A DNA stretch of 64,000 nt from Camelus ferus (Eukaryota): positions 68,634,001 to 68,698,000 of the forward strand of contig NC_045702.1 in NCBI RefSeq assembly GCF_009834535.1. The letters run 5' to 3'. Positions 48,511-61,921 of the stretch are shown piece by piece (the stretch's first letter is position 1; every line of letters begins with the position of its first letter). The notes under the pieces were generated by a model, which ran no database searches, was not told the origin of the DNA, and saw only the letters and a list, made by a program, of their open reading frames with translations. Both the position numbers and the translations under genes were made by a program.

Positions 48511-50547
48511 GTGTTACACATGGTAGGTATTAAGTGCTTAAAGAATGATTTAAAGGGTTAATGAATAAGGCTGAAAATACTAATTTAGAACTAATAAACC
48601 TTTCTATACTGAAGCTAAATATAATGCATTCATTAAAAATAACTGTTGCTTATATCAAAGTTTTACATTATTCTTTGGAAAAATCTATTCTATGCTCACA
48701 GTTGATATTAAATTTTGAAATGAAAATAAAACTAACTACTTTTAGGTTGCTTTGTCAGCAATTGTCATTTCCAACTCTTTCAATTATGCCAAATTGCCAA
48801 AGGCAATATGAGATTTTAATTTTTTTTCCTGCCATCCTATCTTGTCTGCACATTATATTACAACTGAGGCATTGTCCTACTTGGATCTATTCTTATGTTT
48901 CTGGACCTCCATATTTTATTTTAATGTGTGTAAGAAATGTCTTGGTAACCTGGTTTGCATCTAAGTATTTATTATGGGTGATATGTTCTTCTAAGTTACC
49001 TAAGTATAAGAAGATATGGAAATATAATGTGATATTCATAGTTTAGAGTTATACTTAGTGTCACAGGTATAAAAATTGGAATCTAACTCCCTTTACATAT
49101 CTCATTTTAGTTTTATTTGATCATTTTATCATTTAATAATATAGAACTGAGGTATCAGAATCAATCATTTAACGGTTCTTTTTTTCTTGACATATATCTT
49201 ATAATCTTGAGGTGTTTCTCAGAAATATAGAAATGAATGATGACAGAAATGACTAGATTGTATTAGTAAGTAATGCTGTAGAGATTCGTATCACCGTGGT
49301 GGAGCTTCATGGTACTGACCTCCATGATGAAGCCGAGCTTCTTAGGAAGTGCCATGACCAGTTCTGTGAGCGCTTTTGTGGGAACTGTGGCTGTTGTGCT
49401 TAGAACTTTCATGTTTTTTCTGTACATCTTCGACATCCATTCGGAAAGTTCATGCTCTTTGTTCCATGCTAGTGACTAGTTTTAGGGACCTTCTACCAGA
49501 CATCAGAAAAGACTCGTTATTTCTTTACAGGTTCTACATAATTTATTCATTTTATTAAGAAGCAGGTGAGAATATAGAATTCTTGGAGGCAACAGATAGA
49601 AAATTGACTTAAGTATCTTTAGCAAAGATCCTTTTACTTTCTGCTGAAGATATTCTTGGTCAGATATTACCCTCACTAGTTTGTCAGCCTTCTGTTGGTA
49701 ATGTGGAGCCACTAGAAGAACCCAAAGGGAAAAATTTATGTAGAGTCACACTTTTTGAGTGGAGCATTGAGGACTTTGTGGGTCCTCTATACCGAAATTT
49801 TTATAGGTAGTTCTTCAGTAAGTAAATCCTATCCAGAATACTTGTCTGATTTTGAATATGTCATCAATTGTTGGGATCCTAAGACCAGGAGGCATGACTT
49901 AAACATAATTGAAGACAGGTGAGTGCAGAATAATATGATAGGGAGGTTAAATATAAAATATAGTACTTCTTCACCACTTAAAACAAAATTGGTTCCTCTA
50001 AGTTATGACAAATTAGAGGAACAAGTCATAGGAAAGTAAGATCATACTAAATGTGGCAATTATATTATATATACTATTTGAATCCCAAAATATTACCAAT
50101 GCTTCATTCCTGTTTCATTTTGGCTTATTTCCTTTTAAGAAAGTATATTAAGAAATTAAATTAAATTAATCTCCATGATTTAATGAAGGCCAACTGATTA
50201 GTATAAGTTCAAATTGAATTATTTCATTAAGACCACAATTAGTAGATCTGAGGTCAATCATATAATCCTATACACATTTTACCAGGGCTACGAATACTAA
50301 TTCTCTTCATTTAGCTTTCTAGATTGAATTAGTAGATACAGCTTAGTTGTTGGAACACAACTTTTCTATTATGATAAAGTATCTTAAATCTTCTCAATGA
50401 GGAACAAAGATCTTCAATCTGCAGATTTAGAAATCATACCATAAATGTTTCAAATTATGAAGATCTTGAATGGAAATAATTTAAAAGTAGACCTTATTTA
50501 AGAACCATAAGATGATCTTCATGTAGGGTAAAATGGCAAGTAACAGT

Positions 50548-50880
50548 GTATCCATTATCTTGGGCTTAAAAATGCTGCTGTAGTAAACAACTCTAAATCT
50601 CAAAAGATTTATTTCTTGCTCACTTGCTACCTTTTTGTGAGCTGCCTCTGTCTCTGATCCAAGTCTTTAATTGGGTTACAAGTTGAAGGAGCAACCTCAT
50701 CTGAGACGTGGTAGAAAGAGGCATGGCAGGCCCATAAGATGGTTCTAAAAGCTTCTCTTCAGAGGTTCCAACAGTATTACTCTTTTTTCATTGTCAGAAC
50801 AAATCATATGACTAAGCTTAAGATCAATTGTAATCCTCCCAAAGGAAGAGGCTACAAATAATTGGAAACCATATTTGTAA
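50548..50880 (-). mobile_element. Old MaLR LTR (MLT1K/L-like)
   Basis: GATTTATTTCTTGCTCAC..GTTGAAGGAGCAACCTCATCTGAGAC..TAAAAGCTTCT..AATCCTCCCAAAGGAAGAGGCTACAAATAATTGGAA. Confidence 0.55.
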
Positions 50881-51952
50881 GTTTACTTTTTGAAAATATT
50901 TTTTCCTGATGGTATTGTGAAGTACACAGGTTATCTACATCTGTCATAAAAATACATTTAAGAAAAATATTTTCTTAAGTAAAAATTATACTATATTATA
51001 CATTAAGTGACACCTGAACACTTTGATAAAAAGATAAATTAAATAAATTAACATTGTGTGAGAAAATTTTTTTTCCCTAATCTGATGTAGGAAAAAAGCT
51101 ATGGTATATTTTGCTATTTCATAAATTATATGTATAATTATCTGAGCTTATTTAATAAACTACCTTTATCTCAATTTTTTAACACTCAGAGATAAAGCAG
51201 AATTCTGATATATTGCTCTTCTGAAATATACAATGATTACTATAGCATGGCACAAATATCCTTAGTGATAATAATAAAAGATGCATAAATGGAAACAACT
51301 TTAATTAAAATATGTAAGTATTTTATTTATTTAAATCTCAGTCTTGGGATTAGGGAAAATTTGCCTGTAAACCTCACTTTTGTCTTTTAGAGATAAAACT
51401 AAAATCTTATCACATTAGTTTATAGAAAATCATATTTTTCGTTATTAGCATTTCTCTAAGATTAAAGTTAAATTCCCTTTTGCTATCTCTTTATCATGAA
51501 AATGCACTGTATAAAGATCCTTTTTTCTTCATTTTCCATCATTGATAGATAAATTTTTATCATCATTCAACTATGCCTTTATTATTTATTAATCAGTATA
51601 GAGCTTTCTATAAAATTTTAATCAAATTTGAAAAGTTCTTCATAAAAATAATTCAAAAAATATTTTAGTATTTTAAAATTTAGGCTATCTGCATAGCCCA
51701 TATGAATGGGAATTATATTCAAGTTATTTCTATGAAATAATAGTAACTGACTATTAGGTATGGTCATTAGAAGCTCAGTTCAAAATCTTAAAATTAGGTG
51801 TGAATTTATTCATAAATCTATCCTTACTTGCAAGAAGAATAAGTACTTAAAAAAGATAAAGGACAGGTCTAAGCTCCCAGAGGAAGATATTTTTTTAAAA
51901 AAGAGATTTTAAACCTTGCCTTGTTTGATTTCTTCCTTATTCACTGTCTCCT

Positions 51953-52011
51953 CCCCTCCCCAACTTCCTTACTTGTCCCCTCCCCCACTTCCTTACTTGT
52001 CCCCTCCCCCA
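51953..52011. repeat. 24-bp tandem repeat, about 2.5 copies (CCCCTCCCCMACTTCCTTACTTGT)
   Basis: Units at 51953-51976, 51977-52000 and a partial unit at 52001-52011; one mismatch between the full units. Confidence 0.9.
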
Positions 52012-53409
52012 TCCTTTTAAAAAGTATTTAAGCACTTCATTTAAACACTGTAGCACATGGTACAGCAAGCAAGCAATATTATTATAAATAAAATTTAGAA
52101 TGGCAGCTAAATTTTTTACACATTTGAATTTTTTACAAGAGTGTTCATTAACCATAAGAATAGGCCTGCAATTTAGAAACGATAACTTTGTTCTCTTTTA
52201 ATGATAGGAGACAAAGCACGTTCTCAACACATCAAACATACATTTGAGGGTTCACATTTTATTGCTAATTGTTCCTAATCTGTATATATTTTGGCATTTT
52301 TTAATTATTAGAGAGGAGGAAATTATAGTACAAACAAATTAATTTTTGCTTGAAATATTTATGAATGAAATTTAAATTCTCTGGTCCATCAGAGTGAAGG
52401 ATTTGTTTCACTATATTGAATATTGGTTTCAGGAGGATACGTTATACACACTGAAAACACATCACAGCTGTGCCAATCTTTTTTGCAATTATTTTGAATA
52501 GTTGGCTATTTGCCCCTCTTGACAGTTTGTGAACATGGGGAATAGTTTAGCATTCATGCTGCTGCTGTTTGGCCCAGTTAACACGAATGGCATATCCGCT
52601 GCTATTCAAACTGATTGCAATATGGGGGAAAGAGAATCCCTGCCTTAAGTTTCAGTTCTTTGTACTCTTTTATTCCAAAAACGGCAGTGCCAAGCCAAAT
52701 AAAACACAATGAAGACCGTTTTGTGTGATGACCTCAAAGCCTCTGAGGACATCCCTTTTTATTAAATTCCTGATACCAATTTAGATGTGGTATCTAATTT
52801 TAGAATTTTCTTGGAGAGTCTGTCAACTGGATGTCCATGTATTCCAAGCATGTGCAAAATATTTATGGACCTCTGTGCAAAGCCAAAGACTGCCATGTCA
52901 TTGTGTGTATTATCGTCCATTTGTCATTCTGCCTAACATGACTCAGAGGCAATGACTATTACACAACTTCTTTTTTATTCTCAGTGGCGTAACTTGAGTT
53001 TAGTCGTCTGTTGTGCTGTTTAAATCTGACCAAAAAAATGTCATTACAATTTAAACTAGAGAAGGAGTCAGATTTTGAAAAATTAAATCCTTAATACAAA
53101 GGGCTACTTTTCCAACTGCTGTTATATCTACAAGAACCTGTAAAATTATGTTGTACTCCCAGAGTCACTTTTAAATAGAGGACAAAAAGTATCATCATCA
53201 GTATTTGCTCAATTAATATTAGTGTTTCATAGTTCATCTGTAGGTTAAAAGTAGTAATAATAATATATTAAAAATAACACTAGTCTTGTCAGCCCTCCTA
53301 TAAAATATTGTGTACTTTCTCTATGACATAAAAACATGTATTTGTTTCAGAGTGAATGAAAAAATGAGTCCATTAGTTTTTCACAGCTATACTCCTGGAT
53401 GTGTTCTGA

Positions 53410-53580
53410 ATTCATTCATTCAATAAACAATCAGTAACACCTCCCATGTATCAACTGCTATCCTAGGTGCTGGGGATACAGAGGAAAACACACTAGGCAT
53501 GGGGAATATTTTCTAAAAGGGGACAGACAACCAGTGTCCAGATAATTCTAATACATAATATGTCAGCTGGTGACAAGGGC
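53410..53580 (-). mobile_element. L2 3' end
   Basis: TTCATTCATTCAATAAAC..CTAGGTGCTGGGGATACAG..GGGGACAGACAA. Confidence 0.6.
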
Positions 53581-54274
53581 GTCTGGGTTATTGTGGGCAA
53601 TCAAAAACTGATGTGTGTTATTACCGTGTCATCAGAGTATCTATTATTAAGGTACGATAAGAAACTTAACTGTCACAGAACCCATGGTGTTCCCATTTTT
53701 GTGACAATCACATTCTCTCCCTCAGCATACTTCTTGGAGCCAGAAAAAGGCAAGGTGGGTTATTATGGAAGCATGTCACGTTGAGGGCATAGATGGATGC
53801 ATCTGTTTTCATCGTGGGGTTGGGACAGTCTCCCCTTTTCCGGGAAAGAAAGCCCAGGAGAAATGTAAATGCTGTGTGCGGCCAGGAGTTGGCTTGAGGT
53901 CTTTTCTCTTGGTGCCTTCGTGGCTGTTCTCCCTCCTTGCAATGTGCACTTTTTCATGCTCACTGTGCTAATACTGTCAGGAAGATTCAGTTCAAGCTTT
54001 TTTGTTCTGGGAGTTATGTTATATTTTAGAGGTGATTTTGCATCACAATTCCAGGGCACTGTGTTGATTTAATGCTGACTTCATAAGAGAGAGTTTTATT
54101 TTCCCAACTTTTCAAATTCTCACTTGTACTCTTATTCTTGCTACCTCATGCTGTCAGTAGTAATGTTATCACCAAGTCTATATTCATCTTGACTATCCAG
54201 AAAGTGAGATATTTAAATTCCAGAGCAATACCTCATTATTCTGCAGTTTGCACCCATATGTCTGCCTCATTCCT

Positions 54275-54575
54275 TCCTTCCTTCATGCATTTTAGCTTTC
54301 AAAAACAGCCTTTATTGACTGCCAAGTGCTCGCTGCTGGGGTTATAAGGCAAAGAAGGTATAATTCCTCTCTGTGAAGAGAGGAAGGAAACTGAACTTTA
54401 AACAAATCATGACAATGTATTTTGAGAATCCACTATAATCATTAAAAGCAGACTGTGTCAGGAATCCAGGAGTGGGCACTGATAACTGTCTGCAGCTTTA
54501 GGGAAGGTTTCAAAGATAAGGTGACATTTGAGATGGGTCATAAATGATGGGAAGGGATTTATCAAGTAAGAGTAT
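54275..54575 (-). mobile_element. L2 3' region remnant
   Basis: TTTATTGACTGCC..GCTGGGG..AGGGAAGGTTTCAAAGATAAGGTGACATTTGAGATGGGTC. Confidence 0.5.
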
Positions 54576-55899
54576 CATGGGATTTCCTGTAAAAAAAAAA
54601 AATTGGTTTTGCTAGTTCTTGTATCAAATCCTTCCTACAGTCCTCACGCCTGTACGCAAACTGCAAACATTCCATACCTGGTATTCCTTGTCTCCTCATT
54701 TATATCCCTTTATTTGCACTTGCCACTCTTCAAGCTGTTCTTAGGAAATTCTGTTTGGGGGAAAATGAGGCATAAGGGCAGCACACACAAAAAGTATGCG
54801 ATTAGGAGTCTCAAGTGCTTCTAAATGCAACTAAATCCTGTAAGAAAAATCACCAGAGGTGCTTGTACTAGGCTCAGGATTACATACTTTAAAATAAGAT
54901 AAGCAGACTGAATTAATAGGTACTGCTTTTCAAGCCACAATTAAATTCTCTTTTGCTTTCCTTGAAATTAACTATATGAAAAAAGTAAAAATGATTAGTT
55001 TTAAAACCTTATAGAAAATTTTACCTTTAATTAATAAAATACCAAATAATATGTTTTTCTCCTAATATGTGTTTGTGTGGGAGGGAGAAGGAACCTTCAA
55101 AAGGAAGGAAAAGAAAATGAAATAAAATGCTGACCACATGTTTATTACTACTATTTTTATTATTGTTGCTAATTGAATTTATTTTAATAGCATTTGAAAA
55201 GGACTTTAGTAAACTGACATGGACATACACACATGATTAAAATGGCACAAAACAAGAAAAAAAAGAAAGGAAAATGTGTTCCTAGAACCAACTAAGGAAC
55301 TAGGAAAAGCTGGTTTCCACATGTGAGCATTAAACTTCGTTTTAAACTTCCCATCAACCAAGGTTAAAAAGAAATAAGTTTCTATTGACTGATAAAAAGG
55401 AGTATGTCAGTTCTTCATCAGAGAAAAACTTTTCCTGGCACTAAATTCGGGGAGGAATTTATCATGTGTGTCATTATTTGAGACATTGACTAGTATAATG
55501 AATAGCGGTTTTGCAGACATGAAGAGTATTCCTCCTGAGATCATTTGTTATGTCACCCACAGTAAAAGCTAAGACCACAATACTACACCGTGATCAGGGA
55601 AGCAGATTCTGTGAGGAGCCTGCAATAATACTTAGGGAAAAATAAAGAAAAAATTAAACCAAGACATTTGGTAGAAAAAGAATTAAATTCCCCAGTGCGA
55701 TGATGATAGATGATAAAACTGTATGTGTTCTAAATAGTTTCCATTTTCCAAGTAAATGTTTCAATTATTAATGTGAATTCAAAATTCTAGAAAAGTAAAG
55801 AATTTTTATATCTCACTTCATATCTGAGAAAAGGAGAAAGCTGTTTAGCCTAAATCAGCTAATTATTACTTAATTATTTCTCTTGTAGTTGGTCTTCCC

Positions 55900-57200
55900 G
55901 AAACCCACTGCGGTCTGGCTTCTGTGCCCACCTCCGACTCAGTTCTTGTACTCAGTTCCGTCTAAGAATGGTTTTCATCCCTCTCCTTCAAATAGAACTG
56001 GCATTGGTCACATCGCTCTCCCACACTTGGCTCTCCTCCTTACCAGGTTCTCTCTGGAGGTCTGTGGCGTTGCTTTTCCGGTCCTTCTCTGTTACTGGTC
56101 ACATTCTCCTGTTTGGAGTTCTCCTCTTTTGCCTGTTCCTTACTGCCATCCAGAGTTCTGTCCTTGGCCCACTCTTCTCTTTATATCGACCCTAACGTTA
56201 GCCTAGATAAACCCCAATCGTTATCTCTGACATTTGAGCTTTAAACTAATTTACAAACTAGTTATGTGCACCTAAAATATATACTTAGTAATCTTCTCAA
56301 AACCAACAAGTTTGCAGTTGAACTCCCTTCTCTTTCCTCAAGAATATCTGCTTCTCTTCTTCCCTTGACAGTTTCAGTTAATAGCTCTGTTCATCTGTGC
56401 TGTAAGCAACATTTACGATATTGTAATAACAGCATGAGAATTGTAAAATTCCACTTCTCCATCCTTCTCTTGATCAAACCTTTCATCAGGACTAGCATGC
56501 CTCCTTTGTGTTTCCCTCGTGTGATTTCTCTCTCCTTTTTGTAATCTACTGCCATGATTTAGGGACTTGTCACCTCTGATCTAGCTACAATAGATACCTA
56601 CCTGGCCTTCCTACCTTCAGGCTTTTTGATAGTCATTACATCCCTCACACTGCAACCAGGCTCATTGATAGAAAAAGCAAATCTTTTATCTGTGGCTTCC
56701 TCCTCTTTAGAGTCCCCTGTGTCTTCTCATCACCCATATCAGAATTACAAGCGTGACTACAGAGACACTTTATGATCTGGCCCCTGCTGATTGCTCCTTC
56801 CTCTCCCCTTTGCAGTTTACACCCTGTTAATGGCAGAATTGCTCCCATTTCCTGCACTCACACATGCTCTCCTATTTTGTGGCTTTGTGCTTTGCTTGAA
56901 GCCCTGGCAGGCACTCCTCATCTTTCCTCGCCTGCTCTTACTCGTCATTTAGGCCCCGGCTCAGGCACCCTCTCCCACAGGAGGCTCCTGTACAAGCCCA
57001 GTGGGGCGCAGTGCCTGTCACCTGTGCTGCCTGAGCCATTAGCGTGCGTGTTTGTATTTTCTTCTGCTGTCACTTTCCCTCGCTAGACTGGGACCTCCTC
57101 AAGGGCAGGGATCACATCTGACTCATCTCTTTTCTTACCCATAGCAACTAGTTCAGTATCTGGAAATGACTGATAAATACCCATGGAAATAAGTTGAATT
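55900..57200 (+). mobile_element. L2 LINE, about 1.3 kb 3' portion
   Basis: CCAGAGTTCTGTCCTTGGCCCACTCTTCTC (RT region), pyrimidine-rich body, CTAGACTGGGACCTCCTCAAGGGCAGGGATCACATCTG and a terminal ATAAATA..GTTGAAT. Confidence 0.75.
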
Positions 57201-57779
57201 AAGATTATCACAATAGTATTGTTTTCCCTTCCATTAAATACACACCTCAGTGTAACCAAATGAGAGGAATGTAAGTTGGACACGTGCATTATAGTCTCTA
57301 TTAACTGTCTCTGAAGAAGAAATTTAACTTTTCTTCCCCAGATGATAGGAACAGTAAACACTCTCCAGAAACCTTAACTTCAACCAGATTCTTCTGCCTC
57401 ATGCCAACTGCATTCAACATCGGAACCATATAATTGACTTTTATCCCAGACGCGTACTTCAAAAACTAGCATGGGAGGGATATGACTATCTTTTATTTAA
57501 TGAAGTAATAATTTGATAGTAGGACTATCATAGATATTTTCAAATCTTTTAATGACGATATTACATAATCTTTTTTTACATTTTATTCTCTAGCTGAAAT
57601 TACAGTTTTACATGGAGCAGTATGAATCATTACATTTTTATTCCTAACTAAAATAATTAAATATCGCTAATATTTTAAGTGATAAATTTCACGCTATGCC
57701 TTGGAAATACACTTTAGAATATAGTATTTTCAGCACTACAAGGAACCAAAGGTGGAATATATCTCATCCAGCTAACTCA

Positions 57780-57900
57780 TTTATTGAGGAGGATATTGAG
57801 GCCCCAAGAAATTGATCATCTAGTAACGCCTAAGTGGTTAGTGCCCAAGCTGGAAACAGGACTCAGGTTGGGTTTTTCTCATCACGCTGTTCTGCCTTCT
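57780..57900 (-). mobile_element. MIR remnant
   Basis: TTGAGGAGGATATTGAGGCCCCAAGAAATTGA..GCTGGAAACAGGACTCAGG. Confidence 0.4.
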
Positions 57901-58779
57901 TATATGGTGATTAAAAACGTAACTGCTGTATTTGGGTCAAACTTGAACCTGCACACAGTTTCCCCCAGCACACGCACTCCCTTCACTATAAGGAGTGGTT
58001 AAATAATGGAATCTTTTTGTTGTCCTTCCTGCTTGGACCTACTGAGGAATGTGGAAGGCTCATCTCTAAAATTAAAAGAATCAGTAAGGAAGTGTTACAG
58101 AGCATTCATCTCTGCTTTGCAGTTTCATTCTACATTCTTTCTAGGTGTATATAATACAATGAAGTTCTGAAAAGTGGTGTTTCATCTCCAGTAAACATGA
58201 CATAAAACACTCAGAGGTAAAATAAATTTAAAATGCAAATATTAGTCACAAAGAAAATAATGTCTTATATTTAAAATTGAATCAAGGTGTGTAGACCACT
58301 AGCCCATTAGTTGTAAAACAACACACTATTTAGAGGTTGAACATTATTTTTAGAGCATTAAGTATACATAGTATCTATTGCTTGTAATGAGACTCAGGTG
58401 ATAGTATTTACCTTTAGACTCATTTAAAAGGCACTCATCAGAAACCTGCAGTTTTCTATACCCTACGAGTCTGATTTCTGAAATAGCCTTTATCTCTTTT
58501 TCCAAGACTGAAATCCGAGAGTAGTAATTCTTCAGAATAAGGATATGGGTCGAAGCCAACTGTCCCACTTGTACTTGAGATGCCAGAAATCACACATGAG
58601 TTTGTATCATTCGAGAAAGAAGAAAAATATTTTATTACACATGATTGAAAACTACCTCAGCCTAGGTGAATAGTTTTTTAAATGGGAATAATTATCTTTT
58701 GTCTATGGTTTAAAGTTTATACTAGAATGGCATCTAGGAGATCGTTGGTGCGTATTTCTAAAAGGCTAGTCTTACATTG

Positions 58780-58900
58780 CCTCCCCAACTCAAATGCAAA
58801 TCCTTCATGGCAGGGAATGTGTTCATTTGTCTTTGATTTTTTTCAATTTTAGCACAGAGGGCCTGACACAGAAGTCTAATTAATCTTTGTTGAATTGCAA
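58780..58900 (+). mobile_element. L2 3' end
   Basis: AATGCAAATCCTTCATGGCAGGGAATGTGTTC..TAGCACAGAGGGCCTGACACAG..TTTGTTGAAT. Confidence 0.55.
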
Positions 58901-61900
58901 TCAGGTTATATATGTGTGCATATGGGTGTAAATATACATAAGCGTGTATACACAGGTGTGCATATGTACATACATGCATGGATATATAAAATGCGTAAGA
59001 CTAAAATGCATTAAATCTTGGGAGAAAGGGGGTTCACGTAACTTCAAACTCCTCACTGTCACACAGTTTTATGGCCCCCTGTACATACAGTCTTACTCTC
59101 TCACAGCAGTACTTCTTCAGTGCAGAGCAGTTAAAGGGAAACCTCCCTCCCCCACCTTCAGCCCCACCAGCCTCCTGGGAAAAGGGTGACACATTTTCCC
59201 CACACCTACTTACACAGGAAGAAGACTTACCTCTTAAACGTTGTAACACCTGATATTTAGCTTATGGGTCAAAGAACTGGGCAAGACGAAAGCCATTTAT
59301 GTCAAAACTATACCTAATGAAATTATATTATTTCAGGATATTTCATCACCCTACTGCAAAATACTTTTCTGTGTAGCCCAAACTAGACCATAGTCTGTAG
59401 TTAAAAATAATGTTTAAACCACTGTATTTTTCTTTACTCTTTTTTTCTTTTTAAAATAAGCAAATAAGTCATTGACTAGTTTCTTGAATTCTAGGGTTTG
59501 TTTTTCAAACAATCTTCATGACATCAGGAATGCATACAACTTTGGGAGTCAGTTTTTGACAGAATGGGCAGAGTCCTTCTGAAAACTTAGATTTCTTTCA
59601 ACTCCTGTTTTTGCTGTTCATCTGAAAATAACAGTTTGGGCAGCCAGCTTTGTCTTGTGCTGCCAACCCCATCCTGCATCTCCCAGGAACCATGACAATC
59701 GTCAGGAAGTCATTGACTTACATTTATTGAGGAGCCATTGTGGTAAAGGAATTGCACTAGGAACTTCACAGGAAGTAGTCCATAGGACCCTGGCCATTGA
59801 AGATGCCCTGTAATTAAAGCACAGTTGAAGACAAATACATTCATGGTATGTGCACTTTCCTGACAGAATGAATGCATATAAACATGCCCAAAACAAAATA
59901 CATATGTGTAGAGATTTAGCTCATAATGCATAAGGAGTGTTGGGATGACTACAGTGAAAATAATTTATTTTGCAAGACTTTGTAGTGAATTGAATATAAA
60001 GAGGGTAATAACCAAATTAGAGGTACAATGAACTAAGGAAGGAGGCACTTACTCTAATATTATTTTGCATCATATAGGAAAAGATACCTTACTCATAATT
60101 TTCACAGTAACCAGCCACTCATTTTTACAGTGGAGAGAAAGGACTGTGGAAAGTATCTCAAAGCCCATATAATGAAAACACACACACAAAAATAGAAAAG
60201 TGACAACACTTAGGGAAAACCTTTAAAGTCATCTTATTTTGCATAATGAAATTCACCCAAGTAAAACTGCTGGTTTATTTCTCTTTCTTTTCTAATACTT
60301 TTTAAAATATAAATGTATTGTGGAAATGTTAACATTTAAATAAATCCGAATTGGAGGAAGGCTACAGTGTCAATCAGGTAATTTTTATGAAATTATTCTG
60401 CAGTTGTAAGAGGCAAAGGAAACATGATCTAGCTGCTGGGGTGGCAAACAGCCTGCCACTGTTAAGATAGCTGAAGTGCCACATCCTGCATCTTGTTAAA
60501 TGTAACTCAATAGTCTCTATTTCAGCAGAAGGGTCTTTATTTTCATCCTGGCACTCCAGTCTTAAAACAGACTAAAGCTTCAGTTTGTTTAAAGCTACAA
60601 TATGATTATTACTATAAAACAATTAGTGACATTTGAACCACTTTCTGATAGACTCAATTTAGTGGGAGTCTAAGCGGCTTTCTACATTTATTGAATACAC
60701 ATTTGAAAATGCTGTAAAATACATTTGAGACACAGCATTTTTTTGAGGGAGTACAACTGGACAGATTTTTAAAATTCCATATAGGTTTATAAAATTCGAG
60801 TCCTTCTTTAAAATCTGCTTAACATATCCCACTACTTATGGCCAATAAATCTAGAAAGTTTTGCCGTGGATTGATACTTACGCAGAAACAGAAATGTAAT
60901 TCTACTTAGGTTGTGGCAATTGTATTTTCATACTATGTAATGTTTTAACTTCTGGCAGTTATAATGAAAAATAAATATGAAAATGGACTTCTTTTGTAAT
61001 TTAGCATATCCATAACAGTTTGGTGAATCTAAAAGATAGTTTGTGGGTATCCATTTGTAGAGTTGAGAAACTGTTCAGAGATAGCTGAATATTAATCGTT
61101 GTCCTGTTTTTGCGGGTGTGTTTTAACAGAGAAGGTAAAGGGAAAATGTTCCTGTTGAAACTATTATAGTAAAACATTCCACTAGAATGGAAAATTAACT
61201 TATTTACCAGCCAATCAAGATTCCCTCGTGTTCTGAAAACAGCATGAAACAGGACTTGGACAGTTAAAATACTAAAGAGTGCTGCTGACCTGGAATGACT
61301 TGGAATATAAATAGTAGCAGGAGATATTCCCATAATAGTTGTACAGGTGTTTCACCTGTTGACCTAAAGTTCTCTGCTTCCTAAAGTTAAGTATGACACT
61401 TCTCTGGGAAAATAATTTGCTCTGAAACGTAAATACTGATTGACGACGCTTGCAACTTAGGTTATTAAAAACCACTTGCATGTTGAGGATTTAGTGCTAG
61501 TAATGGGTCCTCTACTAAGTTAAGGCTTGATTTACCGTAAAAGATTCAGTTCTTTCTATACTGTGTAAGCTGTGAAAGGTGGAGGATCTCAAATCCACAT
61601 CTGGCCAAGTGAGTCAGCAGCCATTTGTTAAGAGGTGAAGTGCTCTCCTTCAATTTGCAGCTGCCTGCAGTTGCAGGGCTGATGAGCGAAGGCATCCTCA
61701 TGCTTGTTCATTGAAAGCAGGATTTCTCTGCTTGCCGCTGCCTTCTCTGCTCTTCATATTTGAATTTGAGTATCTCATTCTTCGTGGCCAGACCTGCTGC
61801 ACTGGATGTGTAAATTTGGGGCATTTAAAAGTCTAACATGTAACACTTAAAGGACAACTTTTCAACATACAAAAGTACGGGCAGCCTATGTTCTCCTTCC

Positions 61901-61921
61901 TTCTTTTTCATCTGACATTTG

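Noticed and set aside
59231-59313. Minus-strand exon ending at the consensus donor GAG|GTAAGT
   Set aside because: The best acceptors give stops in the usable frames, and there is no independent support.
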